From Gammaproteobacteria bacterium (GTDB lineage Bacteria; Pseudomonadota; Gammaproteobacteria; Steroidobacterales; Rariloculaceae), in assembly GCA_041623375.1 (NCBI GenBank), contig JBFJXA010000002.1, forward strand, positions 1-42,580: a stretch of 42,580 bases of DNA, given 5' to 3'. Below, piece by piece: positions 8,442-17,359 of this stretch (position 1 is its first letter; each line of letters begins with the position of its first letter). The notes beneath the pieces were generated by a model that was not told where the DNA came from, did no database searches, and worked only from the letters and a program-made list of their open reading frames with translations. The position numbers and the translations under genes were made by a program.

Positions 8442-8677
8442 TGCGTCTGTTCCATCGCCTTGAGTCGGCCGATCATGGCCTCGACACGGCCGCGCACCTG
8501 CTCGTTCTTCTGCAGCAGAGTCGCCCGATCCTCGATGAGCGAGTCCTGGCGCTGCTTCAACGATTGGTTCTCTTCCTGGAGCTGTCTGCAAATCACCACG
8601 AGCTCATCGAGGCGCTTTTCGAGGCGCTGCAGCTCTAGGTCGAAACGTTGGTTCGAATCGTCGGCGCTCATGGCCAC
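8438..8677 (-). CDS. ZapB-like coiled-coil protein (TIGR02449-type, upstream partner of zapA)
   Basis: This is a 79-aa all-coiled-coil sequence (LELQRLEKRLDELVVICRQLQEENQSLKQRQDSLIEDRATLLQKNEQVRGRVEAMIGRLKAME). It is translationally coupled to zapA. Confidence 0.7.
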   Translation of the reverse strand: MAMSADDSNQRFDLELQRLEKRLDELVVICRQLQEENQSLKQRQDSLIEDRATLLQKNEQVRGRVEAMIGRLKAMEQTQ

Positions 8678-8733
8678 AGACTATAGGCCCGCGGCCCTCG
8701 AGGGGTCAACAAGTTGCATGGGTGTTAGCATAA

Positions 8734-9390
8734 GTGTCGGATTTCCCGATGCTCGTTGTTTTGGAGGACTGCGCTGCGGTGACTGGCTCGTCGCTGGATG
8801 ATCTGAAGATCGCTGGTGCGATCGATGTGCTCGGGCTCGGTATCGACGTCGCCGAGTTTCATGGCGGCATCTGCGGGCTGCTCTGCTCGGGCGGACCGGG
8901 AGCTGCAGCGGCGTGGATCCGTCAGTCGGATGGTGGACACGCGTCCGTCGCGACCGGTGCAGAGTCCGCGCGCGAGGAATTGCATCAAGCCGAAGCGGAA
9001 ACGTGGCGACTATTGAGTAGTCCGGAGTTCGAGTTCGAGCCGCTGCTACCCCCGGTCGAGGCCGACCTCGACGAGCGCGTCGCCGCGCTCGCGCTCTGGT
9101 GCCAGGGATTTCTGACCGGACTCGGGCTTGGCGGAATTCGGACCGAGGATCTGCGCGCCGGGGATGGTGACGGCGGCCGGGGTGCCGAGCTCGCCGAGAT
9201 CATTGCCGATTTCACCGAGATAAGTCGCGCGCACGTCGGTGCTGAGGACTTCACGGATGCCGATCGCGCGGACTTCGATCTGGTCGAGATCATAGAATAT
9301 GTGCGCGTCAGTACACAGCTCGTCTTCGAGGCATTGCAAGAACATCAGGCGCGCGCAGCGGCCCGGGCCGAAGCCGAGGTAACTCGTTGA
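8734..9390 (+). CDS. ygfB: UPF0149 / YgfB-family protein
   Basis: It lies upstream of pepP-ubiH-ubiI, as in E. coli. Motifs AEFHGGICGLLCSGG and ALWCQGFLTGLG are YgfB-like. The N-terminus is uncertain. Confidence 0.7.
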   Translation: MSDFPMLVVLEDCAAVTGSSLDDLKIAGAIDVLGLGIDVAEFHGGICGLLCSGGPGAAAAWIRQSDGGHASVATGAESAREELHQAEAETWRLLSSPEFEFEPLLPPVEADLDERVAALALWCQGFLTGLGLGGIRTEDLRAGDGDGGRGAELAEIIADFTEISRAHVGAEDFTDADRADFDLVEIIEYVRVSTQLVFEALQEHQARAAARAEAEVTR

Positions 9391-10706
9391 TGCATGCACA
9401 GGAGTTTGCGCGTCGTCGCCGGCATCTCATGGAGCTCGTCGGCAGCGATGGGATCGCTGTGCTCGCTGCGTCCCCGGAACGGACGCGCAGCCGCGACACC
9501 TTATATAGGTACCGTCCGGACAGTGACTTTTACTACCTGACGGGCTTCGATGAGCCCGAGGCTGTGGCGGTGCTCATGCCGGGCAGGCCGCAGGGCGAAT
9601 ACGTGATGTTCTGCCGCGAGCGCGACCCGCTCAAGGAGCTCTGGGACGGTCGCCGCGTCGGGCCCGAGGGTGTCGTCGAGCGTTATGGCGCGGACGACGC
9701 GTTCCCGATCACCGATATCGAGGACATCCTGCCCGGGCTCATCGAGCGCAGCGACCGCGTGTATTACTCGATGGGCGTATCGGCCGACTTCGACCAGCGG
9801 CTCCTCGGCTGGGTGCAGACGCTGCACGCGCGCCGCCAGCGCGGCCATGCACCCAACGAGCTCATCGATCTGGATCACATTCTGCACGAGATGCGGCTGT
9901 TCAAGAGCCGCCGCGAGATCAGCGCGATGAAGCGCGCAGCGCGCATCGCCGTCAATGCCCACAAGCGCGCCTTGCGCCTGTGCCGGCCTGGAATCCACGA
10001 GTACGAGCTCGAGGCGGAGTTCGTGCACGAGTTCGCGCGTCACGGCGCGCGATGCTCGTACGAGCCGATCGTCGCAGGCGGCGAGAACGCCTGTATTCTT
10101 CACTATACGACGAATCGTGACGTGCTCGAGGACGGTGATCTCGTGCTTATCGATGCCGGCTGCGAGTACGAGCTCTACGCATCCGACATCACGAGAACGT
10201 TTCCCGTCAACGGGCAGTTTTCCGAGGCGCAGCGGGAGATCTATGAGATCGTCTACGAGGCGAACCGGGCCGCCATCGAGCAGGTGCAACCCGGCAACCA
10301 CTGGAACGATCCGCACGATGCTGCCGTCAAGGTCATCACACGCGGCCTGCGCGACGTCGGAATCCTCAAGGGCAGACTACCGAGCTTGATCAAGGCCCAG
10401 GCCTATCGGCCGTTCTTCATGCACAAGACAGGTCACTGGCTCGGCATGGACGTGCACGACGTCGGCGATTACAAAGTTGCCGACGACTGGCGACTGCTCG
10501 AGCCGGGCATGGTTACGACGATCGAGCCCGGCATCTACATTGCGCCGAACGTCAGAGGCGTCGCGAAGCGCTGGCGCGGTATCGGTATACGACTCGAAGA
10601 CGACGTTCACGTCGGTCGCGACGGGCCGGAGGTCTTGACGGCCGATCTTCCGCTCGCGGCTGACGACATCGAGGCGCTCATGGAGCAAGGTCGTGGGCGC
10701 GACTGA
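9390..10706 (+). CDS. pepP: Xaa-Pro aminopeptidase (M24B)
   Basis: Metal ligand motifs are present: DLVLIDAGCEYELYASDITRTFP, HKTGHWLGMDVHD, TIEPGIY. The ATG at 9390 overlaps the ygfB stop. A TTG at 9387 is an alternative start. Confidence 0.9.
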   Translation: MHAQEFARRRRHLMELVGSDGIAVLAASPERTRSRDTLYRYRPDSDFYYLTGFDEPEAVAVLMPGRPQGEYVMFCRERDPLKELWDGRRVGPEGVVERYGADDAFPITDIEDILPGLIERSDRVYYSMGVSADFDQRLLGWVQTLHARRQRGHAPNELIDLDHILHEMRLFKSRREISAMKRAARIAVNAHKRALRLCRPGIHEYELEAEFVHEFARHGARCSYEPIVAGGENACILHYTTNRDVLEDGDLVLIDAGCEYELYASDITRTFPVNGQFSEAQREIYEIVYEANRAAIEQVQPGNHWNDPHDAAVKVITRGLRDVGILKGRLPSLIKAQAYRPFFMHKTGHWLGMDVHDVGDYKVADDWRLLEPGMVTTIEPGIYIAPNVRGVAKRWRGIGIRLEDDVHVGRDGPEVLTADLPLAADDIEALMEQGRGRD

Positions 10707-11961
10707 GCTGAGCTCGGATATCGTCATCATCGGCGGAGGGCTCGCCGGCTCTGCATTGGCGCACGCGCTGTCGAAAACCCCGTTGAGCGTTACGGTTGTC
10801 GAGGCGCGAGTCCCGTCGCGGCTGAGTCAACCGAGCTTTGACGACCGCGCGACGGCGCTCGCCAACGGCAGCCAGCGCATCCTCGATACGCTCGGTCTCT
10901 GGGACGAGATCCGTGATCGGGCAGCGCCCATCACGAGTATCCATATTTCCGAGCGCGGCCGTTTCGGCGCCGCGAGAATCGTTGCGGCCGAGGAGGGCGT
11001 TGCCGCGCTGGGCTACTTGCTGGAGAACCGCGTGCTCGGCGCGGCCCTCTGGCGTTCTCTGTCGGGCGCTGCACGCGTCAAGACGGTAGCGCCTGCGCAA
11101 CTGCGCTCACTGGAAGCCGGTGGAGACAACGTAGCCGTTCGCGCCGTGACGGATGGCGGGGAGGTCGAGATTTGCGCGAAGCTCGTCGTCGCCGCCGATG
11201 GCACGCAGTCGCACGTGCGCAGCGTTCTCGGCATCGACGCCGTCGAGGATGACTACGCGCAGCAGGCCGTGATCCTGAACTGTCGGACCGAGATACCCCA
11301 TGGCGGACGCGCCTTCGAGCGCTTCACGACCGATGGCCCGATTGCGTTCCTGCCGCTGGCGGACGATCGCGTCGCTGCGGTATGGACCTTGCCGCAGCAT
11401 GCAGCAGAGCGCGTCATGGAGCTCGATGACTGCGCGTTTGGCCGTGAGCTGCAACGCGTGTTTGGCTACCGCCTGGGCCGATTGACGAAAGTCGGCCGCC
11501 GCAATGCCTATCCACTCGTGCGTCTGCGCAGCGAGTCGCTCGTTGCCGAGCGTACCGTGCTCATCGGCAGCGCGGCTGTGAATCTGCATCCGGTCGCCGG
11601 GCAGGGTTTCAATCTGGCGTTGCGAGACGTAGCCGCACTTGCCGAGGTGTTGAGCGATGCGCTGCTCGAGTCTGGACCTGCGGCCGATCCGGGCTCGAAC
11701 TCGGCGCTCGAACGCTACCGGGACTGGCGTTTGCGCGACCAGCAACGCGTCGCCGCGTTCACGCACGGCCTGATCCGCTTCTTCGGCCACGCGTCGGCGC
11801 CGTTGGAGATCTCACGCGGTCTCGGCCTCATGCTTTTCGATCTGATGCCTGGGGCAAAGGCCGCGCTTGCGAAGCACACGATGGGCCTGTCGGGGCGGCT
11901 GTCACGATTGGCGCGCGGGTTGCCTCTATTGCCGGAACGCAGCTCGTCCTCGGGCCGCTAG
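10693..11961 (+). CDS. ubiH: FAD-dependent ubiquinone biosynthesis hydroxylase (UbiH-type)
   Basis: The GxGxxG motif is DIVIIGGGLAGSALA, and the UbiH/Coq6 family motif is LIGSAAVNLHPVAGQGFNLALRD. The gene order is pepP-ubiH-ubiI. Confidence 0.85.
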   Translation: MGATELSSDIVIIGGGLAGSALAHALSKTPLSVTVVEARVPSRLSQPSFDDRATALANGSQRILDTLGLWDEIRDRAAPITSIHISERGRFGAARIVAAEEGVAALGYLLENRVLGAALWRSLSGAARVKTVAPAQLRSLEAGGDNVAVRAVTDGGEVEICAKLVVAADGTQSHVRSVLGIDAVEDDYAQQAVILNCRTEIPHGGRAFERFTTDGPIAFLPLADDRVAAVWTLPQHAAERVMELDDCAFGRELQRVFGYRLGRLTKVGRRNAYPLVRLRSESLVAERTVLIGSAAVNLHPVAGQGFNLALRDVAALAEVLSDALLESGPAADPGSNSALERYRDWRLRDQQRVAAFTHGLIRFFGHASAPLEISRGLGLMLFDLMPGAKAALAKHTMGLSGRLSRLARGLPLLPERSSSSGR

Positions 11962-11962
11962 C

Positions 11963-13210
11963 GTGCCGCGCGCAACGATAACAAGGAGACGCGCGCTGAT
12001 CGTCGGCGGCGGGCCCGTGGGCCTTGGCGTCGCGGCGCTGCTCGCCGCGGGTCCGCAGGCGCGGCGCTGGGCTGTCCAGGTGCTCGAGCCGCGTCCGATG
12101 CCCGACTGGCGCGCGGCAGACGTCGATTTGCGCGTTTACGCGCTGTCGCGAGCGTCTCAGCATGTGCTCGAGTCCGCCGGCGTCTGGTCGACTATCGCCG
12201 AGAGGCGTGCGAGCCCGTACCGGCGCATGCACGTTTGGGAAGGCGACGTTCGCGCACAGCTCGGGGCGCTGGATTTCGACAGTGCCGAGCTCGGCGAGCC
12301 CGATCTCGGTCACATCGTCGAGGACCGGCTCATTCGCCATAGCCTCGTCGAGGCGCTCTCGATGCAGTCCGACGTCGAGCTCGAATTCGGCACGGAGCTC
12401 GCCGGTATTCGAGCAACAACGGATGGCGTCGAAGTCACGACGCGAGAAGGTCGGACCCTGACTGCCGACGTGCTGCTCGCAGCCGACGGCGGTGACTCGA
12501 CGGTTCGCCGGTTACTCGAGTTACCCGTCATCAGCGTACCGTACGACCAGACGGCAGTGGTCGCACACGTCGGCACGCAGCGGCCGAACGCCGAGACGGC
12601 CTGGCAGCGGTTCCTGCGCACTGGTCCTATCGCGCTGCTGCCGCTCGCAGACGGGCGCAGCTCCATCGTTTGGTCGACGGGCACGGATCGCGCACAGTCG
12701 CTCATGCAGCTTGGCGATGATGATTTCATGGAGGAGGTTGCCGAGGCGACGGATCACGTGCTCGGCGCGATTACGTCGGTCAGTCCCCGCGCGAGTTTTC
12801 CGCTTCGCGCCTTGCACGCGCGCCAATATTGCGTGCCTCGCGTTGCCTTGATCGGCGATGCGGCTCACACGATTCATCCACTGGCAGGACAAGGCATGAA
12901 TCTGGGATTGCTCGATGCCGCCGTCCTGGTCGAGGAGCTGCAACGCGCCGTCGATCGAGGCGAGGACCCCGGCGATCTGCGCGTGCTGAGACGTTATGAG
13001 CGCCGCCAGAAAGGACGCAATCTGAGAACGCTGCTGGCCATGGACGCCCTGCATCGCTTGTTTACTCGAGCCGGTCCGCTGTTTGCGCCCGCGCGCGTCT
13101 GCAGTCTGACGCTCGTCGATCTGCTGCCCTTCGCCAAGCATGCGTTCATGCGCGAGGCGCTCGGACTCGTCGGCGAGCTACCACAGTCGGCGCGGCGCCG
13201 CGTCGCATAG
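11963..13210 (+). CDS. ubiI: FAD-dependent ubiquinone biosynthesis hydroxylase (UbiI/VisC-type)
   Basis: Motifs ALIVGGGPVGLGVA and LIGDAAHTIHPLAGQGMNLGLLD support the call. I place the start at the GTG at 11963, just after the ubiH stop. The track ORF start at 11867 would overlap ubiH by 95 nt. Confidence 0.8.
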   Translation: MPRATITRRRALIVGGGPVGLGVAALLAAGPQARRWAVQVLEPRPMPDWRAADVDLRVYALSRASQHVLESAGVWSTIAERRASPYRRMHVWEGDVRAQLGALDFDSAELGEPDLGHIVEDRLIRHSLVEALSMQSDVELEFGTELAGIRATTDGVEVTTREGRTLTADVLLAADGGDSTVRRLLELPVISVPYDQTAVVAHVGTQRPNAETAWQRFLRTGPIALLPLADGRSSIVWSTGTDRAQSLMQLGDDDFMEEVAEATDHVLGAITSVSPRASFPLRALHARQYCVPRVALIGDAAHTIHPLAGQGMNLGLLDAAVLVEELQRAVDRGEDPGDLRVLRRYERRQKGRNLRTLLAMDALHRLFTRAGPLFAPARVCSLTLVDLLPFAKHAFMREALGLVGELPQSARRRVA

Positions 13211-13549
13211 TCCCGCCACGAGCGATACATGCCTGTCGCTCAGTGTCGATTCGCTTTCGCCGATTTTTTTGGCGACTATGCGCACGGCTGTGTGAGAGGC
13301 CCTGTCGTCGACGATGTCCGAAGTCTGACTTGTCCGGGCGATCGATGCAGAAAACGCTCTACACGGTCGCGTATTGCGCCACGAACGTCGCCGCATGGAA
13401 GATTTGACCGCCCGCCACGTCGTTGACGGCGACGCTCGGCGCAGCACAGGGGCAATTAACGTGTGAATTGCACCGGCAATGGTGCGAGCGCCGTTCGCAG
13501 TCATCGGCGGCGCAAATCGGCTACGGTGCAATAACAGAGGCTGAGGCTG

Positions 13550-13951
13550 ATGAGTGACATACCGAGTGACCTGAGATACACGAAGGATCACGAATGGCTC
13601 CGCGAGGAGGACGACGGTACCTGGACCGTCGGCATCACCGACCACGCGCAAGTCACCCTTGGCGATCTCGTGTTCGTGGAGCTCCCTGAGACCGAGACCG
13701 TCGTCGTCGCGGGCGAGCCCTGTGCCGTCGTGGAGTCCGTCAAAGCCGCCTCGGACGTCTTCTGCCCGATTGCCGGTGAGATTCGCTCCACGAATACCGA
13801 GCTCGCAGATACGCCGGAGCTCGTAAACACCGACCCGTACGGGCAAGGCTGGCTCTTTAGCGTCATGCCCGAGTCGCCGGCGGAGCTCGACGAGTTACTG
13901 TCGAGCGACGACTACGAGCGGCTGCTCGTCGAGCTCGATCTCGATGACTGA
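13550..13951 (+). CDS. gcvH: Glycine cleavage system protein H
   Basis: LRYTKDHEWL and the lipoyl-lysine motif VESVKAASDV are canonical. Confidence 0.92.
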   Translation: MSDIPSDLRYTKDHEWLREEDDGTWTVGITDHAQVTLGDLVFVELPETETVVVAGEPCAVVESVKAASDVFCPIAGEIRSTNTELADTPELVNTDPYGQGWLFSVMPESPAELDELLSSDDYERLLVELDLDD

Positions 13952-14113
13952 GGAGATCGGTAATCGGCAGGCGTCCGTGCCGCGCGCTCATGAAGAAACG
14001 GCGCGGCTCCTCGCCGCTCTCGGGCCCCGGGGGGCAGTCGGAGATCCGACCGCCCGGGAGCAAAATGGCGTTGCGCTGGTCACAGTGCCCATACGGGTCA
14101 TACAATTCGATTC

Positions 14114-16912
14114 ATGGAAACGATCATTCGCAACGTCGTAGCGGTGTCGGTGTGCGCGTTTGCACTTGGCGCCGCTGCCCAGGAGCGCAGCTGGAACACG
14201 ACGCTCGAGCAGATCTCGACGGGCGTCGTGTCGATTCGCGTCGATAGCACACGCGCGTTCGACACCGAGCGAAACCAGTCGAGCCAGGCAACGGGCTTTG
14301 TCGTCGACGCCGAGCGTGGTTTGATCCTGACCAACCGCCACGTCGTTACGCCGGGTCCAGTCGTTGCGAAGGCAATTTTCCTGAATCAGGAAGAAGTCGA
14401 GCTCGTGCCGGTCTATCGCGATCCTGTGCACGACTTCGGGTTCTTCAAATACGATCCTGCCGATCTCAGATTCATTCGACCTGCCGAGCTCGCGCTCGTG
14501 CCCGAGGCTGCGCAGATCGGCCGGGATATTCGCGTCATCGGCAACGATGCAGGCGAGCAGCTTTCGATACTCGCTGGCACGATCGCGCGTCTCGACCGCC
14601 AAGCGCCGAACTACGGCCGCGGCAACTACAACGATTTCAACACTTTCTACTTGCAGGCCGCTTCTGGCACATCGGGGGGCTCGTCGGGCTCTCCCGTCGT
14701 CGATATCGAAGGGCGCGTCGTCGCGCTGAATGCCGGCGCCAACTCGCAGGCCGCTTCTAGCTTTTTCCTGCCGCTCGATCGCGTGCAGCGTGCTTTCGAG
14801 CTCGTTCGCGAAGGACAGCCGGTGCCGCGCGGTACGCTGCAAACCGAATTCGTGCACAAACCCTATGCCGAGCTTCGCCGCCTGGGTCTGACAGCGGCGA
14901 CCGAGGCGCTGATGCGGGAAGCCTATCCCGATCAAACCGGATTGCTCGTCGTCGAGCACGTCATTCCAGGCAGTGAGGCCGGCGACTTTTTCGAGCCCGG
15001 GGACATCGTCGTAAGCGTTAACGGTGAGCTCACGACGGCGTTCGTGCCGCTGGCGCGCGTGCTCGACGACAACGTCGGCGGGACAGTGAGCGTACGAATC
15101 GAGCGCGGTGGGGCGCCGCTCGAGCACGATCTGCACGTCGACGACTTGCATGCGATCACGCCCGATGAGTTCATCGAGTACGGCGAGGGCATTTTCAACG
15201 ATCTCTCCTACCAGCAGGCGCGCCATTTCAATCGGCCTGTGGAAGGCGTCTATCTTGCCAATCCCGGTTACGTTTTCGGTACCGCAGCCATTCCGCGAGC
15301 GAGTTTGATTCTGAGTGTCGCCGGCGTGCCCATGAACGGTATCGACGATCTCCAGCGCGTTTTAGAAGGGTTACCGCAAGGCGAGCGCGTGGCCGTGCGT
15401 TTCCTGCAGTTCGACGATCCGCAAACACAACGGCAGCGACTGATCACGAACGATCGGCGCTGGTTTCCGAGCGCTCGCTGTAAGCGGGACGATAAAACCG
15501 GCCTCTGGCCCTGCGAGCCGCTTGCCGGGCCGCCACCCGCCCGGCCGCTCGTCCCGAGCGAGACGACGTTCCCGGAACAGCCGGGCGAGCGCTATGTCCG
15601 ACGCATCGCGACCTCGCTGGTGCTCATCAACTTCGACATGCCGTATACGGTGTCAGGCGTATCGGATCGCCATTACTACGGCACGGGCGTTATCGCCGAC
15701 GCCGAGCGCGGTCTCGTCGTCGTCGACCGCAACACCGTGCCGGTCGCGATCGGCGACGTCCGTCTCACGTTCGCCGGCTCGCTCGAGATCCCCGGACGTG
15801 TCCAATACGTGCATCCGCTGCACAACCTCGCCGTCGTCGCTTACGACCCGGCACTGATCGGTAACACGCCCGTGACGAGCGCGCGCTTTGTCACCGCGGA
15901 GCTGTTGCCCGGAGACGAGGTCGCCGTCGTCGGCCTCAAAGGTGATTTGACACTGAACTCGCAGCCCAGCCAGGTTGCTGCCGTAGTCGCCGCCAATTTC
16001 CCGTTGTCGCGCACGCTGCGCTTTCGGGACTCGAATCTCGAAGGCGTCGAGCTCGTGAACGGTCCCGATGACTTCGACGGCGTGATCGTCGACCGGCAGG
16101 GCCGTGTGGCGGCCCTCTGGGCGAGCTTCGCCTATCAGTCGGGTCGCGAGCTTACGCAGATCAACATGGGCATACCGGCCGACCTCATCGTCGATATGGT
16201 CGATCGCCTTCGCGACGGCACCGTCCTGCATTCCCTCGAGGTCGAGTGGCGGCGCATGCCGCTCGCGACCGCGCGGAGTTTCGGCCTGCCCGAATCCTGG
16301 GTCGAGCGCTACGAGCGTCATCACCCGCAGCGCCGCCAGATTCTGGCCGTGTCTACCATCGTTGCGGATTCGCCAGCGGCGGAGTTTTTCCAGCCAGGAG
16401 ACATCCTGCTGAGCCTGGACGGCGTCGAAGCCAACACGTTTCGTGAGGTCGAGCGCGCGAGTCAGAGCCCGCAAGTCGAGGTCAGTATCTTTCGCGACGG
16501 CCGGGAGCTGACGGAGACGGTCGAGACCGTGCCGCTGACCGGCGACGGCATCGACAGAATCGTGCTCTGGGCCGGCGCACTGCTACAGGCGCCGCATCGG
16601 GCCATTTCGGCGCAGCGCGGAATCAGCTCCGAGGGCGTCTACGTGTCGTATTTCGGATTCGGCTCGCCCGCGAGTCGCTCGGGTCTGTACGCGGGCCGAC
16701 GCATCATGGCCGTCGATGGTCAACCGACGCCGAATCTCGATGCCTTCATCGAGGCCGTCAGCGGCCTCAACGACCGTGACTCGGTGCGGCTCAACACCGT
16801 AACGTGGAACAACGTATCGCAGGTCATTACGTTGAAGCTCGACGAGAATTACTGGCCCGGCTACGAGCTCAGGCGAGTCGATGGCGACTGGCAGCGACAC
16901 GACTTGCCGTAG
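14114..16912 (+). CDS. Secreted Nma111-like double HtrA/Deg serine protease (protease-PDZ-PDZ, then degenerate protease-PDZ-PDZ)
   Basis: A signal peptide is present (VAVSVCAFALGAAAQE). The first domain carries the triad contexts TNRHVV, DPVHDFGFFKY and GTSGGSSGSPVV. The second domain (GVIADAERGLVVVDRNTV ... FDGVIVDRQGRVAALW) lacks the GxSGG serine. At least four PDZ-like GD(I/L) segments are visible. Confidence 0.75.
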   Translation: METIIRNVVAVSVCAFALGAAAQERSWNTTLEQISTGVVSIRVDSTRAFDTERNQSSQATGFVVDAERGLILTNRHVVTPGPVVAKAIFLNQEEVELVPVYRDPVHDFGFFKYDPADLRFIRPAELALVPEAAQIGRDIRVIGNDAGEQLSILAGTIARLDRQAPNYGRGNYNDFNTFYLQAASGTSGGSSGSPVVDIEGRVVALNAGANSQAASSFFLPLDRVQRAFELVREGQPVPRGTLQTEFVHKPYAELRRLGLTAATEALMREAYPDQTGLLVVEHVIPGSEAGDFFEPGDIVVSVNGELTTAFVPLARVLDDNVGGTVSVRIERGGAPLEHDLHVDDLHAITPDEFIEYGEGIFNDLSYQQARHFNRPVEGVYLANPGYVFGTAAIPRASLILSVAGVPMNGIDDLQRVLEGLPQGERVAVRFLQFDDPQTQRQRLITNDRRWFPSARCKRDDKTGLWPCEPLAGPPPARPLVPSETTFPEQPGERYVRRIATSLVLINFDMPYTVSGVSDRHYYGTGVIADAERGLVVVDRNTVPVAIGDVRLTFAGSLEIPGRVQYVHPLHNLAVVAYDPALIGNTPVTSARFVTAELLPGDEVAVVGLKGDLTLNSQPSQVAAVVAANFPLSRTLRFRDSNLEGVELVNGPDDFDGVIVDRQGRVAALWASFAYQSGRELTQINMGIPADLIVDMVDRLRDGTVLHSLEVEWRRMPLATARSFGLPESWVERYERHHPQRRQILAVSTIVADSPAAEFFQPGDILLSLDGVEANTFREVERASQSPQVEVSIFRDGRELTETVETVPLTGDGIDRIVLWAGALLQAPHRAISAQRGISSEGVYVSYFGFGSPASRSGLYAGRRIMAVDGQPTPNLDAFIEAVSGLNDRDSVRLNTVTWNNVSQVITLKLDENYWPGYELRRVDGDWQRHDLP

Positions 16913-16939
16913 GACCACGGGTAGGGGGAATTTTCGACA

Positions 16940-17359
16940 ATGAGTCCGATATCTTTCGGTGGCATCGGCGTCCGGTTTGCGATCGCGTTGACGCTAGTGC
17001 TCGCCACCTGGAACCCGATCGGTATCAACTATGTCGATCTCGCGCGTCTGCACTGGTCGGAGAGCGCGGCAATCGTCTTCTTCTTCGGCGTCGTGCTGTT
17101 GGTATGTTGGGTAGTATTCGTTCGCGCGACGTTCCGTTCGCTCGGACCCGTAGGCATCACGCTTGCTGTGGCGATGGCGGGCGCCATCCTCTGGTTGCTG
17201 CTCGATTTCAATCTCATCGAGCTTTCCAATCGCACTGCGTTGGAGTGGGTCCTGCTCGTGCTCCTGTCCGCAATTCTGGCTGCCGGCATGTCGTGGTCGC
17301 ATCTACGGCGGCGCTGGTCCGGCCAAGCCGACGTCGACGAGCTAGACATCAAGGGATGA
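16940..17359 (+). CDS. Small polytopic membrane protein (about 4 TM), unknown function
   Basis: The hydrophobic segments are FAIALTLVLATW, AAIVFFFGVVLLVCWVVFV, ITLAVAMAGAILWLLL and VLLVLLSAILAAG. The stop overlaps the next start (ATGA at 17356-17359). Confidence 0.6.
   Translation: MSPISFGGIGVRFAIALTLVLATWNPIGINYVDLARLHWSESAAIVFFFGVVLLVCWVVFVRATFRSLGPVGITLAVAMAGAILWLLLDFNLIELSNRTALEWVLLVLLSAILAAGMSWSHLRRRWSGQADVDELDIKG

Noticed and set aside
9501-10316. 271-aa minus-strand ORF
   Set aside because: It is antisense to pepP and has no motifs.
13178-13846. 222-aa minus-strand ORF spanning the ubiI-gcvH spacer and gcvH
   Set aside because: It is mostly antisense to gcvH. It has no motif support, and it would leave gcvH without a promoter region.
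13988-15226. 412-aa ORF on the minus strand
   Set aside because: It is entirely antisense to the well-supported Nma111-like protease gene. It is Arg/Ala-rich with no recognisable motifs, which is a typical high-GC shadow ORF.
16804-17355. 184-codon N-terminal extension of the M23 peptidase ORF
   Set aside because: It overlaps the 3' end of the protease gene and the whole small membrane-protein gene in another frame, and it is Arg-rich. The ATG at 17356, with its ATGA coupling, gives a normal M23 protein.
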